A stretch of 38,820 bases of DNA from sequence record SRR16203515_4098. One strand, given 5' to 3'. The translations under genes were made by a program, and so were the position numbers. Of this stretch, positions 38,566 through 38,820 are shown in pieces; positions within the stretch are counted from its first letter, which is position 1; the number at the start of each line of letters is the position of its first letter. The notes under the pieces are model-generated. The model was not told the origin of the DNA, made no database searches, and saw only the letters and a program-made list of their open reading frames with translations.

Positions 38566-38820
38566 TTAACAACCTGTGGTGTCCACATCTATTTGTGACA
38601 CTGCGACTCTTTGCGCATCAAAATATCGGTAGGTGATCGTAATTTCCATATCACGAAACGTGGCCATATCTTCTGACGTACAGACTGAATTGGCTATATT
38701 AGGTCGCATAACTTCCTCAAAAGCGTCAGTATCAAAATTAGCCTTTAACACATTGACTAGTTCGTAGTTATACGAAAAATTACCTTGCCCACCTGTAGTG
38801 GAAAACAACAGTGTTTCTGA
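38566..38820 (-). CDS. Hypothetical protein, 3' part (start outside the window)
   Basis: Frame is open to the window edge; a hairpin (GCCCC...GGGGC near 38545-38562) follows the stop. Confidence 0.55.
   Translation of the reverse strand, partial: SETLLFSTTGGQGNFSYNYELVNVLKANFDTDAFEEVMRPNIANSVCTSEDMATFRDMEITITYRYFDAQRVAVSQIDVDTTGC

Overview
Bacterial chromosomal window that looks like a marine gammaproteobacterium (probably Alteromonadaceae; inferred from gene content only). It holds about 33 coding loci: a GH3 beta-glucosidase/GluP operon with LacI-type operators, a TauE exporter, a CDF metal exporter broken by one in-frame TAG, two TonB-dependent receptors, an e(P4)-type phosphatase, MFS, CsbD, arfB, ndh, fadL, ilvE, signalling genes and hydrolases. 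No rRNA, tRNA, CRISPR or mobile element was seen. The most interesting signals lie in unannotated regulatory sequence. (1) A ~640-nt ORF-free, highly structured RNA candidate (9431-10070) has 13 GGA motifs, a GacA/UvrY-like box, an IHF-like site, a sigma54-like promoter and a terminator, which suggests an unusually large CsrA/RsmA sponge. (2) A six-gene module (12013-17400) encodes an ECF sigma, anti-sigma, lipoprotein, S8 protease, OM beta-barrel and a secreted acidic protein with strict 4-residue periodicity, and its three transcription units share a GGAAT(A/T)-N15/16-CGTTA promoter motif. (3) Two RAPP-motif leader ORFs have 3' ends that base-pair over the next gene's ribosome-binding site; one precedes a TBDR and one, unusually, a CBS-domain protein. 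(4) An Ile/Leu/Val-type attenuator precedes a SnoaL-like gene. (5) A GU-rich sRNA candidate follows a sigmaE-like promoter. All calls come from reading the sequence by eye; no searches were run.
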